This document shows positions 37,863 through 47,700 of a stretch of DNA of 64,000 nt, in pieces (position 1 is the stretch's first letter; each line of letters begins with the position of its first letter). The stretch is from a virus (lineage: Duplodnaviria > Caudoviricetes). A program made the translations under genes and the position numbers. Under the pieces are notes generated by a model. It was not told where the DNA came from and did not search any database. It saw only the letters and a program-made list of their open reading frames with translations. The stretch spans positions 32,001 to 96,000 of IMG/VR virus record IMGVR_UViG_2599185359_000001, one strand, 5' to 3'.

Positions 37863-38657
37863 TCAATTAGCGATGAGGCGGGCGCGCTCGACTTGATGCT
37901 TGCCGAAAAAGGCGAGGGCGTCATCCACGGGCAGCTGGGGCGTGCGGTAGACGACGTTGGCGAGACCGGTCGCCTTATCTGCGCGCTGCTGGATCTGTTC
38001 TATCAGCCAGGCGCGATAGGCGTCCTGGGCGGGCAGCCCGGCGTAGTTTTCCACCTTGAACATAGGGTGCTGCGCGGTGAAAAGCCGGCTCTCGCTCAGC
38101 TTCTCCCATTCTTCGACCACCAGGGCGCCGAGCTTGGGGGAATAGAGCTGCGCGGGCTGGGGCAAGCGGGTCCACATCGTGTCGATCGCCACTTGGTTCG
38201 CCAGCCGGACGAACTGGTCATAGGGCATGCCGAGCGCGTCACAGGTGAGCATCGCGTTCCACATGCCGGTGATGTGCTTGGCATCGCGGTCCCAGATCTC
38301 CTCCACCGTGTACTGGACCGGAGCCACGCCGATCAGCGCGGACCCCAGGCGCTTCCCCTGTGAGGCGGACTGCCGGGCGCGCTCGCGAGTGAAGCGACGC
38401 GCTGCGATCTTGAAGGACCGATAATAGTGGTGCGCGAAGAGCAGGAAGCTGTGGCCCGGCGATAGCCGGCGATAGTCCCACCACTTCGTCCCGTAGACCG
38501 CCGCGACGTCCTTGATGTGCCGCTTGGGCACATGCGCCGCGATCAGGCCCTCGATCCTGGCGGCCGGCAGGTTCGTTCCGAAGAACGCGCCCTGCACGGC
38601 CGCCATAAGGACGGCGTCGTCAGCGTGATCCTGTGCTGAGAAGACGCCGAGGGTCAT
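37863..38657 (-). CDS. conserved phage hypothetical protein (possible replication factor)
   Basis: TKWWDYRRL.P motif; lies upstream of dnaB. Confidence 0.75.
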   Translation of the reverse strand: MTLGVFSAQDHADDAVLMAAVQGAFFGTNLPAARIEGLIAAHVPKRHIKDVAAVYGTKWWDYRRLSPGHSFLLFAHHYYRSFKIAARRFTRERARQSASQGKRLGSALIGVAPVQYTVEEIWDRDAKHITGMWNAMLTCDALGMPYDQFVRLANQVAIDTMWTRLPQPAQLYSPKLGALVVEEWEKLSESRLFTAQHPMFKVENYAGLPAQDAYRAWLIEQIQQRADKATGLANVVYRTPQLPVDDALAFFGKHQVERARLIAN

Positions 38658-39472
38658 GCGTTGCCGAGCGGCTGGGCGGAGTAGTTGAAGAAGTCAGGCA
38701 CGGGGTTGGTGACCGGAGCGTCGCGCTCGCGCGGCTCATCGGCGTAGCCGAGGCACACTTCCTTCGCGATGCCCGAGCGCACGATGTCATCGATCCCGAA
38801 GCGCACATAGCCGAACTGCGGGTGGCTCTTGAAGCGCTTGACCGCGTCAGCGAGGCCGGAAGGGCCGGTGATGTCCGTCTGCTTCAGGTCGCCGTCGACG
38901 ATCATCGACGTGCCTTCACCGATGCGGGACAGGAACATCTTCATCTGCTTGGGCGTGGTGTTCTGCGCCTCGTCCAGCAGCACCGTGCAGTTCGAGAAGG
39001 TTCGACCGCGCAGCATGCCCAGCGGGGCGATCTCGATCCGGCCCGTCTTGAGGAGGTACTCGACGAAGCTGGTTCCCAGGCGCTCGTTCAGAATGTCGAT
39101 GACTGGCTGCGCCCAGGGGAGGACCTTGTCTTCGAGCTCGCCCGGGAAGAAGCCGAGCTCTTCGCCGGCGCCGACTGCGGGGCGGGTCAGGACGAAACGA
39201 TGCTCGTTGTCCTCGATCAGACGGTCGGCCGCGGTCGCAGTGGGAACGAACGTCTTGCCGGTGCCGAACTCGCCCTCAACGAAGGTGATCGGGTAGACGT
39301 TGACGGCGTTGGCAAGCGAGGCTTGAGCGTCGGTCAGTGGTGCCCAGGCCTTGCGCTTGAAGGGGGCACGGGGAACTTGGAGGCTGTCACCGGGAAGCTC
39401 GTTGCGCGGCGCACGCTGCTGTTTGCTGTTGCGGCGCGCTTGCTTCCCGGTGTTACGGGCCTGCTTGGTCAT
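38654..39472 (-). CDS. phoH: PhoH-family ATPase
   Basis: GEFGTGKT, LGFFPG, RGRTF, LDEAQN and GDLKQTD motifs. Confidence 0.93.
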   Translation of the reverse strand: MTKQARNTGKQARRNSKQQRAPRNELPGDSLQVPRAPFKRKAWAPLTDAQASLANAVNVYPITFVEGEFGTGKTFVPTATAADRLIEDNEHRFVLTRPAVGAGEELGFFPGELEDKVLPWAQPVIDILNERLGTSFVEYLLKTGRIEIAPLGMLRGRTFSNCTVLLDEAQNTTPKQMKMFLSRIGEGTSMIVDGDLKQTDITGPSGLADAVKRFKSHPQFGYVRFGIDDIVRSGIAKEVCLGYADEPRERDAPVTNPVPDFFNYSAQPLGNA

Positions 39473-39565
39473 TAGTCACTCCTAACGCTGTGCGTTGACG
39501 TGTGCGTTCTTGCACACACATTCTACACGACGCAAGAAGTTTCGTCGCGGCTTAATCGCCGCGCG

Positions 39566-40048
39566 TTATGCCAGCTCGAAATGCGGGCTGTCGGTCTCGC
39601 CCTTTTCCCGCGGCCGGCCGTTCTGGTTCCAGTCGGCGCCCCAGCGGAGCGAGACCCTCTCGAGCTTGGCTGCCTCAAGCACCAGCTTGGCCAGGGCGTC
39701 GAACCGCTTCAGGTTGTTCCAGTCGACGGGGTAGGGGATCAGATCCACCGCGTGCCCGAAGCCGTCCTTCTGTTTGCGGTGCTTGCTGTTCAGCGGATCG
39801 CTGAGCCAGGTGACCTTCGGCAGTCCCGGCGCCGCATGCACCGCCGGGACGCCCTTGGCGGCGCACTGGGCCGCAGTACGACCCTTGCCGTAGTTGATAT
39901 AGCACTGCTGATCGGTGCGCACGCCCTCGATTACCTTGAAGTCCAGGTCGGCGGTTGCCATCAGAGCAGCGCGCGTCACCACGCGCACGATATCGGGATG
40001 AACACCCTTCAGATGGGCAAGGGATTCACTGCCCAGACGGATTGCCAT
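39566..40048 (-). CDS. endolysin, M15-family peptidase
   Basis: GVHPD, IEGVRT, SKH, GHAVD, WGADW and DSPHFEL motifs. Confidence 0.9.
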   Translation of the reverse strand: MAIRLGSESLAHLKGVHPDIVRVVTRAALMATADLDFKVIEGVRTDQQCYINYGKGRTAAQCAAKGVPAVHAAPGLPKVTWLSDPLNSKHRKQKDGFGHAVDLIPYPVDWNNLKRFDALAKLVLEAAKLERVSLRWGADWNQNGRPREKGETDSPHFELA

Positions 40049-40155
40049 TGCTCTCTCCTACTGTGTGTTTCGTACCGCATAGGCCGCGGTCGCGGGTTTG
40101 GTTGGGACGGTTTGCGAGGGGCGGCTCAGCCAGAGCGCGAGCGCGGCAAACCCCC

Positions 40156-40539
40156 TCACTTCAAGCCGTCCTTGTCGGCGTCGGCGTCGCCCACGCTCTT
40201 GCCGAAGGTGGGCAGGAACATGCGCGCGAAGTAGCTGGCGACCTTGATCGGGCTATCCGCGAACTGCCGGCTGGTCTTGAGCACGCCGGCAAGGACGTTC
40301 TCGCAAACGACCGCAGCCACGCCAGCCAGGAACAGGGTCGCGTAGAAGTTCCAGTGCAGATCCTGCAGAAACCCCCAGCCTACAACGGCGCCTGCGCCAC
40401 CATAGACGCAGCCGGCCAGCAGCGAGGTCCAGCGGCGCTTCACGTCGCTGACCATGGACTGCAGCAGGATCAGGATCGCTCCGCCCGTGAACAGCCAGAT
40501 GTGCTGGATGAGCGTTGCCTTCTCGTTCTCAATCGGCAC
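40156..40539 (-). CDS. putative holin
   Basis: About 3 TM helices; immediately upstream of the endolysin. Confidence 0.6.
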   Translation of the reverse strand: MPIENEKATLIQHIWLFTGGAILILLQSMVSDVKRRWTSLLAGCVYGGAGAVVGWGFLQDLHWNFYATLFLAGVAAVVCENVLAGVLKTSRQFADSPIKVASYFARMFLPTFGKSVGDADADKDGLK

Positions 40540-40897
40540 TTCGGTTCCCTTCGCCCCACAGATACTTGTCGACGGGACCGACCTCCTTGCTCAGCGTGAC
40601 CGCGACGAAGATGTGCGCGAGTGTGAACAGGATGCCGGCGACTGCGTGAATGAAGAAGAAGCGCTGCCCGTAGGGGGTAGCGATGCTCCAGTCGTTGCGA
40701 ATGCCGAACTCGACCAGGACGCCGGTCAGGTACAGCGATAGGCAGGTACTGGCGGTGACCCAGGCGTAGAGCACCGCATTGCGCTTGCCTCGGAAGTAGT
40801 CGGGCACTTTGAAGCGCCAGTGCTTCCCGGAGCCGACCGCCACGATACCCGAGATGATCGCGAGGATCGACATGACGAGCGTGAAGCCCACAATCAT
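40529..40897 (-). CDS. multi-TM membrane protein (holin/antiholin-like)
   Basis: 3 hydrophobic segments; within the lysis cassette. Confidence 0.55.
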   Translation of the reverse strand: MIVGFTLVMSILAIISGIVAVGSGKHWRFKVPDYFRGKRNAVLYAWVTASTCLSLYLTGVLVEFGIRNDWSIATPYGQRFFFIHAVAGILFTLAHIFVAVTLSKEVGPVDKYLWGEGNRSAD

Positions 40898-41076
40898 GCG
40901 GCGCGCTCGCTGGGGCTGTGAAAGCCTACCGGGCTTGTCGGTTTGTGTTCAGCCTGCACATCGACGGGCTGATCGCTCTCATATTCGATGGCGATTGCCA
41001 TCTTCCGGCGGCGGGCGCGAAGGAAAAGCCAGACGGCAACCCCCAGCGCGAGCAAGCCAATGCTCATCCAATTCAT
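40894..41076 (-). CDS. small membrane-anchored protein
   Basis: N-terminal TM helix; GAGG RBS. Confidence 0.55.
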   Translation of the reverse strand: MNWMSIGLLALGVAVWLFLRARRRKMAIAIEYESDQPVDVQAEHKPTSPVGFHSPSERAA

Positions 41077-41108
41077 GCGCTTCCTCGCGTGTGCGTGTCA
41101 GTTGGCAC

Positions 41109-41137
41109 ATACTAACATGAACGCGAAGAAGCGGCAA
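41109..41137 (-). promoter_or_regulatory. promoter of the lysis cassette
   Basis: TTGCCG-N17-TAGTAT with TGn extension; repeated motif over the +1 region. Confidence 0.6.
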
Positions 41138-41144
41138 TGAAGGC

Positions 41145-41468
41145 TTAGGTGGCGGGCTGCTCCACCAGCGTCTTGGACAGCTCCTCGATCTGCTGTGCGA
41201 TCGGGAGCGCGTCGTAGCGCAGGATGGTGCTGACCCGCTCCAGCCGGGTGTAGGTGTCCCGGTCGATCGTAGGCATCGAGGCGCTGATCGACTGTACGAC
41301 AGAGTTGATCATCGCGGGCGTGAGGATGTCGGCGAGCGTGCCGAAAGACTTGAGCTTGGCAATCCGCGCAGCTTCCTTCTCCTGCTGGGCAGCGCGGGCT
41401 TGCTTCTCCTGCAGCGCCTGAAGTGTAGCGAGCTCCTCCGCCGTCAGCGTGTCTTGTTCCATAACCAT
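41145..41468 (-). CDS. hypothetical protein (tail fibre-associated)
   Basis: 107 aa with AGGAG RBS. Confidence 0.65.
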   Translation of the reverse strand: MVMEQDTLTAEELATLQALQEKQARAAQQEKEAARIAKLKSFGTLADILTPAMINSVVQSISASMPTIDRDTYTRLERVSTILRYDALPIAQQIEELSKTLVEQPAT

Positions 41469-41477
41469 GTCTTCTCC

Positions 41478-41633
41478 TTAGCTTTGATCGTTCGTTTCTT
41501 CCGACGAAGGGAACGGTGAGGGCACCATCTCGAAGGAGTGCCCCTCCTGCGCGTTCATGAGCAAGTCCTCCGGGGACTCCGCGTAGACCCGCTTCACTTC
41601 CACGCCGTTCTCTTTTACTGCATACCAGGGCAT
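41478..41633 (-). CDS. small tail fibre-associated protein (51 aa)
   Basis: Read manually (MPWYAVKENG...). Confidence 0.55.
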   Translation of the reverse strand: MPWYAVKENGVEVKRVYAESPEDLLMNAQEGHSFEMVPSPFPSSEETNDQS

Positions 41634-41635
41634 TC

Positions 41636-44600
41636 CTACCTCTTCACTTCTTCTGCCATGAGCTGGACATAGCTGACGTCGAAAAACGCCGCGGCCGAGG
41701 TCGAGTTTGTTTTCGTCACCTCAAACTCGAGCCACATCGTCGTTGTGCCCGGCAGCGGTGCGGTGAGTGCCCAGAACGTGTATGGGGTGCGCTTGTAGGG
41801 ATCGACAGGGATGGTCCTGCTGATGGGGAACACCTCGCCATTGGACTGCCTGAGCATGAGCCTGGCGTTGCAGCCGCCGGTCCCCTGCGTATCCTGGGAA
41901 AGGATTGCCTCGAACTGGGCATCGACCCGCATGCGGCCGCCAGTGTACCCGAAGGTGATGGCTTCCGAGTTAGTTCTCGTCACCGTGAACTGGGGGCCGC
42001 TCGCCGTGGCGCGGAACCCGAGTTGCACTGTGCTCACAGCGTTCGAGATCGAGCTATTGGCCATCGCTCGCGTATTGACGGACCCGGTGACGAACAAGTC
42101 CCCGCTGATCAACACGTCACCGACGATGTCGACGCCAGCGCGACCGTTCGCATCCGCGCGGATCATCAGCTGAGCGCGGTTATTCCCCGCAACCGCAACG
42201 ACTTCCCAGAAGGCAGCGGTGCGACCGTTCAGGTTCGAAACCGCGCTCTCCGTAGTGGTGACGCGCGCGGTCAGGTTGCCGGTGCTGTCGAGCGCCTTCT
42301 TACCCTTTATTTCGCCGTCCGTAGCCGGTCGAACGACGCACCGGTGCCAGTAGGTGTCGCTCGAAGACCCATCAAACCCGAAGGCCTCCCAGCCGCCCAT
42401 TGCATGAAGCGACAAATTGGTCTGCGCGGAATTGTAGACCAGAACACTCCAGGTTCGACGATTATACCCAGGACCTGAATACGTAAAATCGTTGATGTCG
42501 GGTGTATTACCAAAGCCAATTTTATAATTCTCGCGGTACCAGAAGTCGATGTAAATTCCCGACCCCTGCCAATTGCCCTCGAACTGCTCAACCTCTGCCT
42601 CGATGACATACCAGCCCGCGGGGATATTTTCGAGATCCTGCTTCAGGCCGATGTTACTGTTACCGACGCGGTGCATGTAGACTGGCACCGTACCATTGCG
42701 CCCGGGGTTTGTGGTCGACGGAGTAACGGTCGACCCGTTACCTCCTCCCCACGGGTTCCAGCCTGTTGGAGCAGAGCCGGTGAAAGGTGCAGTGAACCGC
42801 GCGTTTTTGTTCATTGCGATATCAGACGACGCTTCAATGACGGCGGTTCGCGACGCCAAGGCGCCGGTGTCGCTGACGCGCGCCGTTTCTTCGGACTGGA
42901 TCCTCGCCAGCAGCTGGCTGCCCTGCGAGCCGTCGAGCTGCGCCTCCGTTTTGGTGATCCGGTCGCCCAACGCGCTGTCCTGCGCGGCCCTGGTCGTCTC
43001 TTCGGTCACGATGCGAGCAATCGCCTGGCTGGAGACCTCCAACGCGCGCCCTGCCTTCACTTCCGCATCGCTCGCGACACGGATGGAGCAGCGGTGCCAG
43101 GTTAGGTCCTTATCGTCAGACCCGAACCCAGTATAGTTGGTCATCAGGTGGAAGTTGCCGTCAGCGTCGGCATCCTTGTGAACCAGCAGGCTCCAACGGC
43201 GGTTGCCGAGTTGAGTGGCGCTGGCGACATCCGCGTTGTCGGGTGCCGTGTCGAAGGTCAGGTTCCAACGGCCGGAGATAGACACGCCGGCGCCCCGCCA
43301 GCTGCCGCTGTTCAGATCAACATCCGCTTCGATGACATACCAGCCCGCACCCTTGAGGGTCGCGAGGGACTGATACACGCCGGAATTGATGTTGCCGGAG
43401 GACGTCTGTCGCAAAGCCCAGGTCTGCGATACGCGATCTTCGGTTACCCGGGAGATCGTATGCACGTCGCCCCAGAACTGCCACCCTGTCGGAATTTCCT
43501 GGCCATCAGGCCAGATCTCGAAGAATGCGTTGGCGTTCAGCGCGCCAGTAGCCGCGCCATTAGACGACTCCACCACGCTTACCCGATTTGCCAAGGCATC
43601 GTCGGCCGTCGCGCGCGCGGTCTCTTCAATGATGATGCGTGCCTTCAGCGCGCTGTCCTGATCGCCCTTGAGCTGAGCTTCAGTGGTCGAAAGCCGATCG
43701 CTCAGCGCCACGTTGTCGCGCGCGCGGACAAGCGCCTCGTCGGTCACCGCAGCTTCGGCCCGGTCTGCGATGGTCTTGGCGCTGACGATGGAGGTCGTGA
43801 GCGTACCCTCGGCACCCTTGGCCCGTTCGACCTCCGCGGTCAGGTCGCTCCGCACCTTCTCCGCCTCGGCGCGCGCGGCGTCGACAGCCTGGTCGATCTC
43901 TGCCTTCACCTTCAGGAACTGATCGCGCGCGGCAACGACGTTACCCGTCGCGTCCTTGACGGCGTCGGCGATGTCTTCTGCCGGCACGCCGCCGACGCTC
44001 GTTCCCGGCGGGGCGCCGACCGTCGCATTGTTGGCGGGCTTGCCTGGTCCGTTCACACCGTCCCAGTCAGCGAGCTTGGAGGCTCGATCGATGATTGCGG
44101 CGTCGAGATCCGCCTGCGCCGCATTCATGGTGGCGAACGCGGCCTGAAATTCCGCGGGCTCCACGGGGGTGTCTTGCGTGAAGTCGTTCCACTTGGGCTC
44201 GAGCCCAGCGAGGTACGCGCGCAGCGCGACGTTCGCGCCGTTGGCCGCGTCGATGTAGGTGTCCACGCCGCCGAGCTGGAGCGCCTTTGCGCGCGAGGCG
44301 TTTAATGAAGCGGTCAGCTGGTTGTAGAGCAGCAGCACCTGCGGCTTCTCTGCGCGCGACAGTACCCGGTCGCTCGTGACGCCCAGTAGGTCGAGAATGA
44401 CCTGGCTGGCGTCTACGCCGTGGATGGTGCCTGTGATGTCGCCATTGAACGAGATCTTGTCGACCGGGCGGTAGCGCAGCGTTTGCGCAGCCATCCAGTC
44501 AGAGAAGATGAAGCCGCCCGGCGCGACATCGTCATCTACCTTGCGGTAGCCGCGGACCTTGAAGCTGTAGAACTTGTCGGCGGCCACCCCAGGCAGGATG

Positions 44601-44653
44601 ATCGAGCGCTTGCTCGAGGGTACGAAAACAGAAGTCTCGGGGAGCGTCGTCAT
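41636..44653 (-). CDS. tail fibre / receptor-binding protein with two carbohydrate-binding-like repeats
   Basis: Coiled-coil repeats (EETARA..D.ALA), two AGWYVIEA...WHRC repeats and GKPANNATVGAP. Confidence 0.8.
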   Translation of the reverse strand: MTTLPETSVFVPSSKRSIILPGVAADKFYSFKVRGYRKVDDDVAPGGFIFSDWMAAQTLRYRPVDKISFNGDITGTIHGVDASQVILDLLGVTSDRVLSRAEKPQVLLLYNQLTASLNASRAKALQLGGVDTYIDAANGANVALRAYLAGLEPKWNDFTQDTPVEPAEFQAAFATMNAAQADLDAAIIDRASKLADWDGVNGPGKPANNATVGAPPGTSVGGVPAEDIADAVKDATGNVVAARDQFLKVKAEIDQAVDAARAEAEKVRSDLTAEVERAKGAEGTLTTSIVSAKTIADRAEAAVTDEALVRARDNVALSDRLSTTEAQLKGDQDSALKARIIIEETARATADDALANRVSVVESSNGAATGALNANAFFEIWPDGQEIPTGWQFWGDVHTISRVTEDRVSQTWALRQTSSGNINSGVYQSLATLKGAGWYVIEADVDLNSGSWRGAGVSISGRWNLTFDTAPDNADVASATQLGNRRWSLLVHKDADADGNFHLMTNYTGFGSDDKDLTWHRCSIRVASDAEVKAGRALEVSSQAIARIVTEETTRAAQDSALGDRITKTEAQLDGSQGSQLLARIQSEETARVSDTGALASRTAVIEASSDIAMNKNARFTAPFTGSAPTGWNPWGGGNGSTVTPSTTNPGRNGTVPVYMHRVGNSNIGLKQDLENIPAGWYVIEAEVEQFEGNWQGSGIYIDFWYRENYKIGFGNTPDINDFTYSGPGYNRRTWSVLVYNSAQTNLSLHAMGGWEAFGFDGSSSDTYWHRCVVRPATDGEIKGKKALDSTGNLTARVTTTESAVSNLNGRTAAFWEVVAVAGNNRAQLMIRADANGRAGVDIVGDVLISGDLFVTGSVNTRAMANSSISNAVSTVQLGFRATASGPQFTVTRTNSEAITFGYTGGRMRVDAQFEAILSQDTQGTGGCNARLMLRQSNGEVFPISRTIPVDPYKRTPYTFWALTAPLPGTTTMWLEFEVTKTNSTSAAAFFDVSYVQLMAEEVKR

Positions 44654-44659
44654 GCGGGG

Positions 44660-44688
44660 AGTATATACGTGTGTCGTCACACACGCAA
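44660..44688 (-). promoter_or_regulatory. sigma70 promoter with operator-like motif in the spacer, leaderless start
   Basis: TTGCGT-N17-TATACT, then 6 nt, then ATG at 44653. Confidence 0.65.
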
Positions 44689-44713
44689 TAAAGGCGTGCG
44701 CGACAACACACTG

Positions 44714-47700
44714 TTAGGCGGTTTCTGCGCTCCAAGCCACCTCGAAGCCATCGATCGAAGCGTCCTTGCCCTTCCACTCCCACTCGAAGCTGATGTCGGC
44801 GGAGCCATCGCTGTTGATGACATGCTCGACATCGCCGGCGGACGTAATCGGCGCCATGATTGCGCTCCCGTCCCGGTTGTTGCCTTTGGTCGGATCGGTC
44901 GGCGCGTACGGACTCACGGCGATAGAGAACTTCTTCTCCACCCACTCGGAAAGGCTCGAATCACTGGTGGAACGGACCTGAGCCACATAATTCCCCGTGT
45001 CGAGGCCCGAGATCGTGAGCGACCGCTCGACGTGCTCGCCAAGACTGGTCCAGGTCTGCGCGGTCGCGCGCCGATAACGCGCCTCGTAGGCTTGGACCCC
45101 GGTCATATCGGCTGGCTCATCCCACGCCATCTCAGCGACGCCAACGACAGCAAAGTTCGTCGGCGTCACCGCGACGTTTCGAGGACCGTCCAGCGCGGCA
45201 TAGAGAACTGCCACCGTCCCCTTCACAGAGGGCGCGGACGCGAATGGAGCGCGATCGCCGCGGGTGTTATAGGCCACCACCTTGAACTCGGGCACATCGC
45301 CCTCATTCACCGCGACCATCAACTCGTTCGAGTTCACCGCAGAACCGGCCGAGCGGAAGGCTGAGCCGTTAATGCTGACGTAGACGTCGGCGCCCGCATA
45401 ATTGCGAATGTTGATCGGGTTCCAGTGCACGCGCGCCGTGATGGTTTTGCGATTGGCTGCGACCAGGCGCTCGTAGTCGAACAGGAGCATTGAGACATGC
45501 GGGACCTGACGGTCGGTGACCACCGTCACCGGGATCGGGATCTCGACTTCAGCCGGCCCATAGACGCCTTCGTGATATTCGACGAAGGTCAGTCGGCGCT
45601 TCTCGATGCCCGACCCGCTGATCCCGGTGAGGGTGTATGGCTTCCGAACCTGCTCGATCTTGCCAAAGATGAAGTTCGCCCCCTCGGCGGGCGCTTGTGG
45701 GAGATCGGCGACGAGCTCGACCACATTGGTCTCAGCCGGGCCGCTCGTGGTGACGTCATACTGCAGGACGACGTCCGTCGCCCACAGGTTCACCTGCGTG
45801 CCTGGGAACATCAGCGGCGGCTTCACGGCCAACGTGATCGTGTGATAGGGATTTCCGTCCCGAAGCTGCACGATCTCGTAGTCCTGGCCGTCCATGATGA
45901 GACGCTTGGCCTTGGTCGCCTCGACACTATCGCCGGTCACCAGAAGCTTCTGCCCTACGATGCTGTAGATCGCGTTCTGGCCGGTGTGGATGGCGTCGAA
46001 GTGGACGATGGTCGAGTAGCGGGCACCTGCCTCGATCTGCACGTTCTGGTCGAGCACGAGCTTCCGCGTTGTGCTGCCCGCGAACAGACGGCCGCTGTTC
46101 GCCCAGGCCATCATGTCGTGCTGGATCAGCGCGACGTCGCCCAGCAGCACGTTGATGGAGTCCATGGCCGTGTCGAACGTCAGCGTGCGGATCAGCAGCC
46201 GGTTCTGGTAGATGGCGCGCCACAGCTCCTTCGTGGCCTGGGTCACGTTGTCGATGCCGGGGAACGACACCTGCGCCACGCGCGAGATCTCGTTGAAGGT
46301 CACCGCCTTGGGGTCGACGTACCGGATCGTCTTCTGCTTGTTGCGGTCGTTGCGGTCGTAATAGGTGATCTCGTATTCGTTCGACCGGTCGGCCATGGAC
46401 ATGTAGCTCAGCTCGAGCGAACCCTTGAGGATGTTCGCCTGAGTAAAGCTGGCGACCGGCTCGCGTGGCTTATCGACTGCGACGCTGATCTTGGTGCCGA
46501 ATGGGATGGGTGCTGCGTGGCCGATCCGCCAGACCGCGCGCAGCGCATCGCTGAGATTTGAGTTGGTGTCGAACACGCCGTTGAAGGTGATATTGTTCGC
46601 CGCGCAGTATTCAGCGAACTCAATGATCCGCGGCCAGTCGATGCGCCTGGTCGGAACGCCGGCGCCTCGCTCGATGCCGGCCAGGATGTCGACACCGCAC
46701 CACGCGGGGTTGTTCGTCCACGCCTTCTCGGTCGGATTGCCCTCGATGTCATAGAGCTGAACGCGACTGCCCTTCACGCGCGCGGTGACGGTCGGGATGG
46801 CGCTCAGCTGCTCGTTGAGCTTGATCTTCAAGGCCAGGTATGCGGTGCCGCGCATCGCCACTGGATCCACCGTGATCTCCGCGACGTCGGTCAGATAAAC
46901 CTCGTCCAGCTTGTACTGATCGGTGGAGGTGGCGTTCGTTCGCCGGATGCGGGTCTGATAGAAGCCATGCGCCAGCTGCGCGGACTCGAAGGAGCGGCGG
47001 ATCTGGCGAGTGCGGCTGTCGGTGACCGTTTGTGAGAACGTGGCTACGCTGGGGTATGCCACAAGCCGCGTGATCTGTGCGCCCGGCGCCGCTCGCACCT
47101 CGTAGTCGCCACGCGGCAGCGCGACGTCATACTGGCCGGAGACGTAGGGCGTGATGTCGGTGTCGCCGGCAATGCTGCCGTCCCCACTGGCGTCGAAGAT
47201 GTACCCGGGCGAAGCGACGGCGTTCAAGGGCACGGTGACCCACTCGTCGGTCCCGGCCTTGCGATACTGGACGGCGCCGGTGCTCTGCGAAACCTCCGAG
47301 GTCTTGGTTTGCGAGTGGGCGATGAAGCGCAGGATGTCCTTCAGCTGCACGCCATCGCGGTCGATGTCGATATAGTCGTAGGAGCCGTTCTGCCACTCGA
47401 CCGGCTGGTAGTTGCCCAGCGGCTCGCGAGTAACCGGATCGACCTGCCGCGCCTCCATCTGGAAGGTGACAGAGCGATTGCTATAATCGCCCTTCTTGCT
47501 GTCGATGTTCACCAGGCCCTGCGAGAAGGCCACATCCCATCGGATCTTGTCGACCGCGGAGGTGGTATAGTGCTCGACCCAACCCGTATCGATCTTCTGG
47601 GACTTGTTGCTCTGGACCGTCGAGCCGTCAAACCAGGGGTGCGCCGCCTCATTCAGCGTGCCCTTGCTCACATAGTATTCGACGTCCGTGAACGAGCTGA

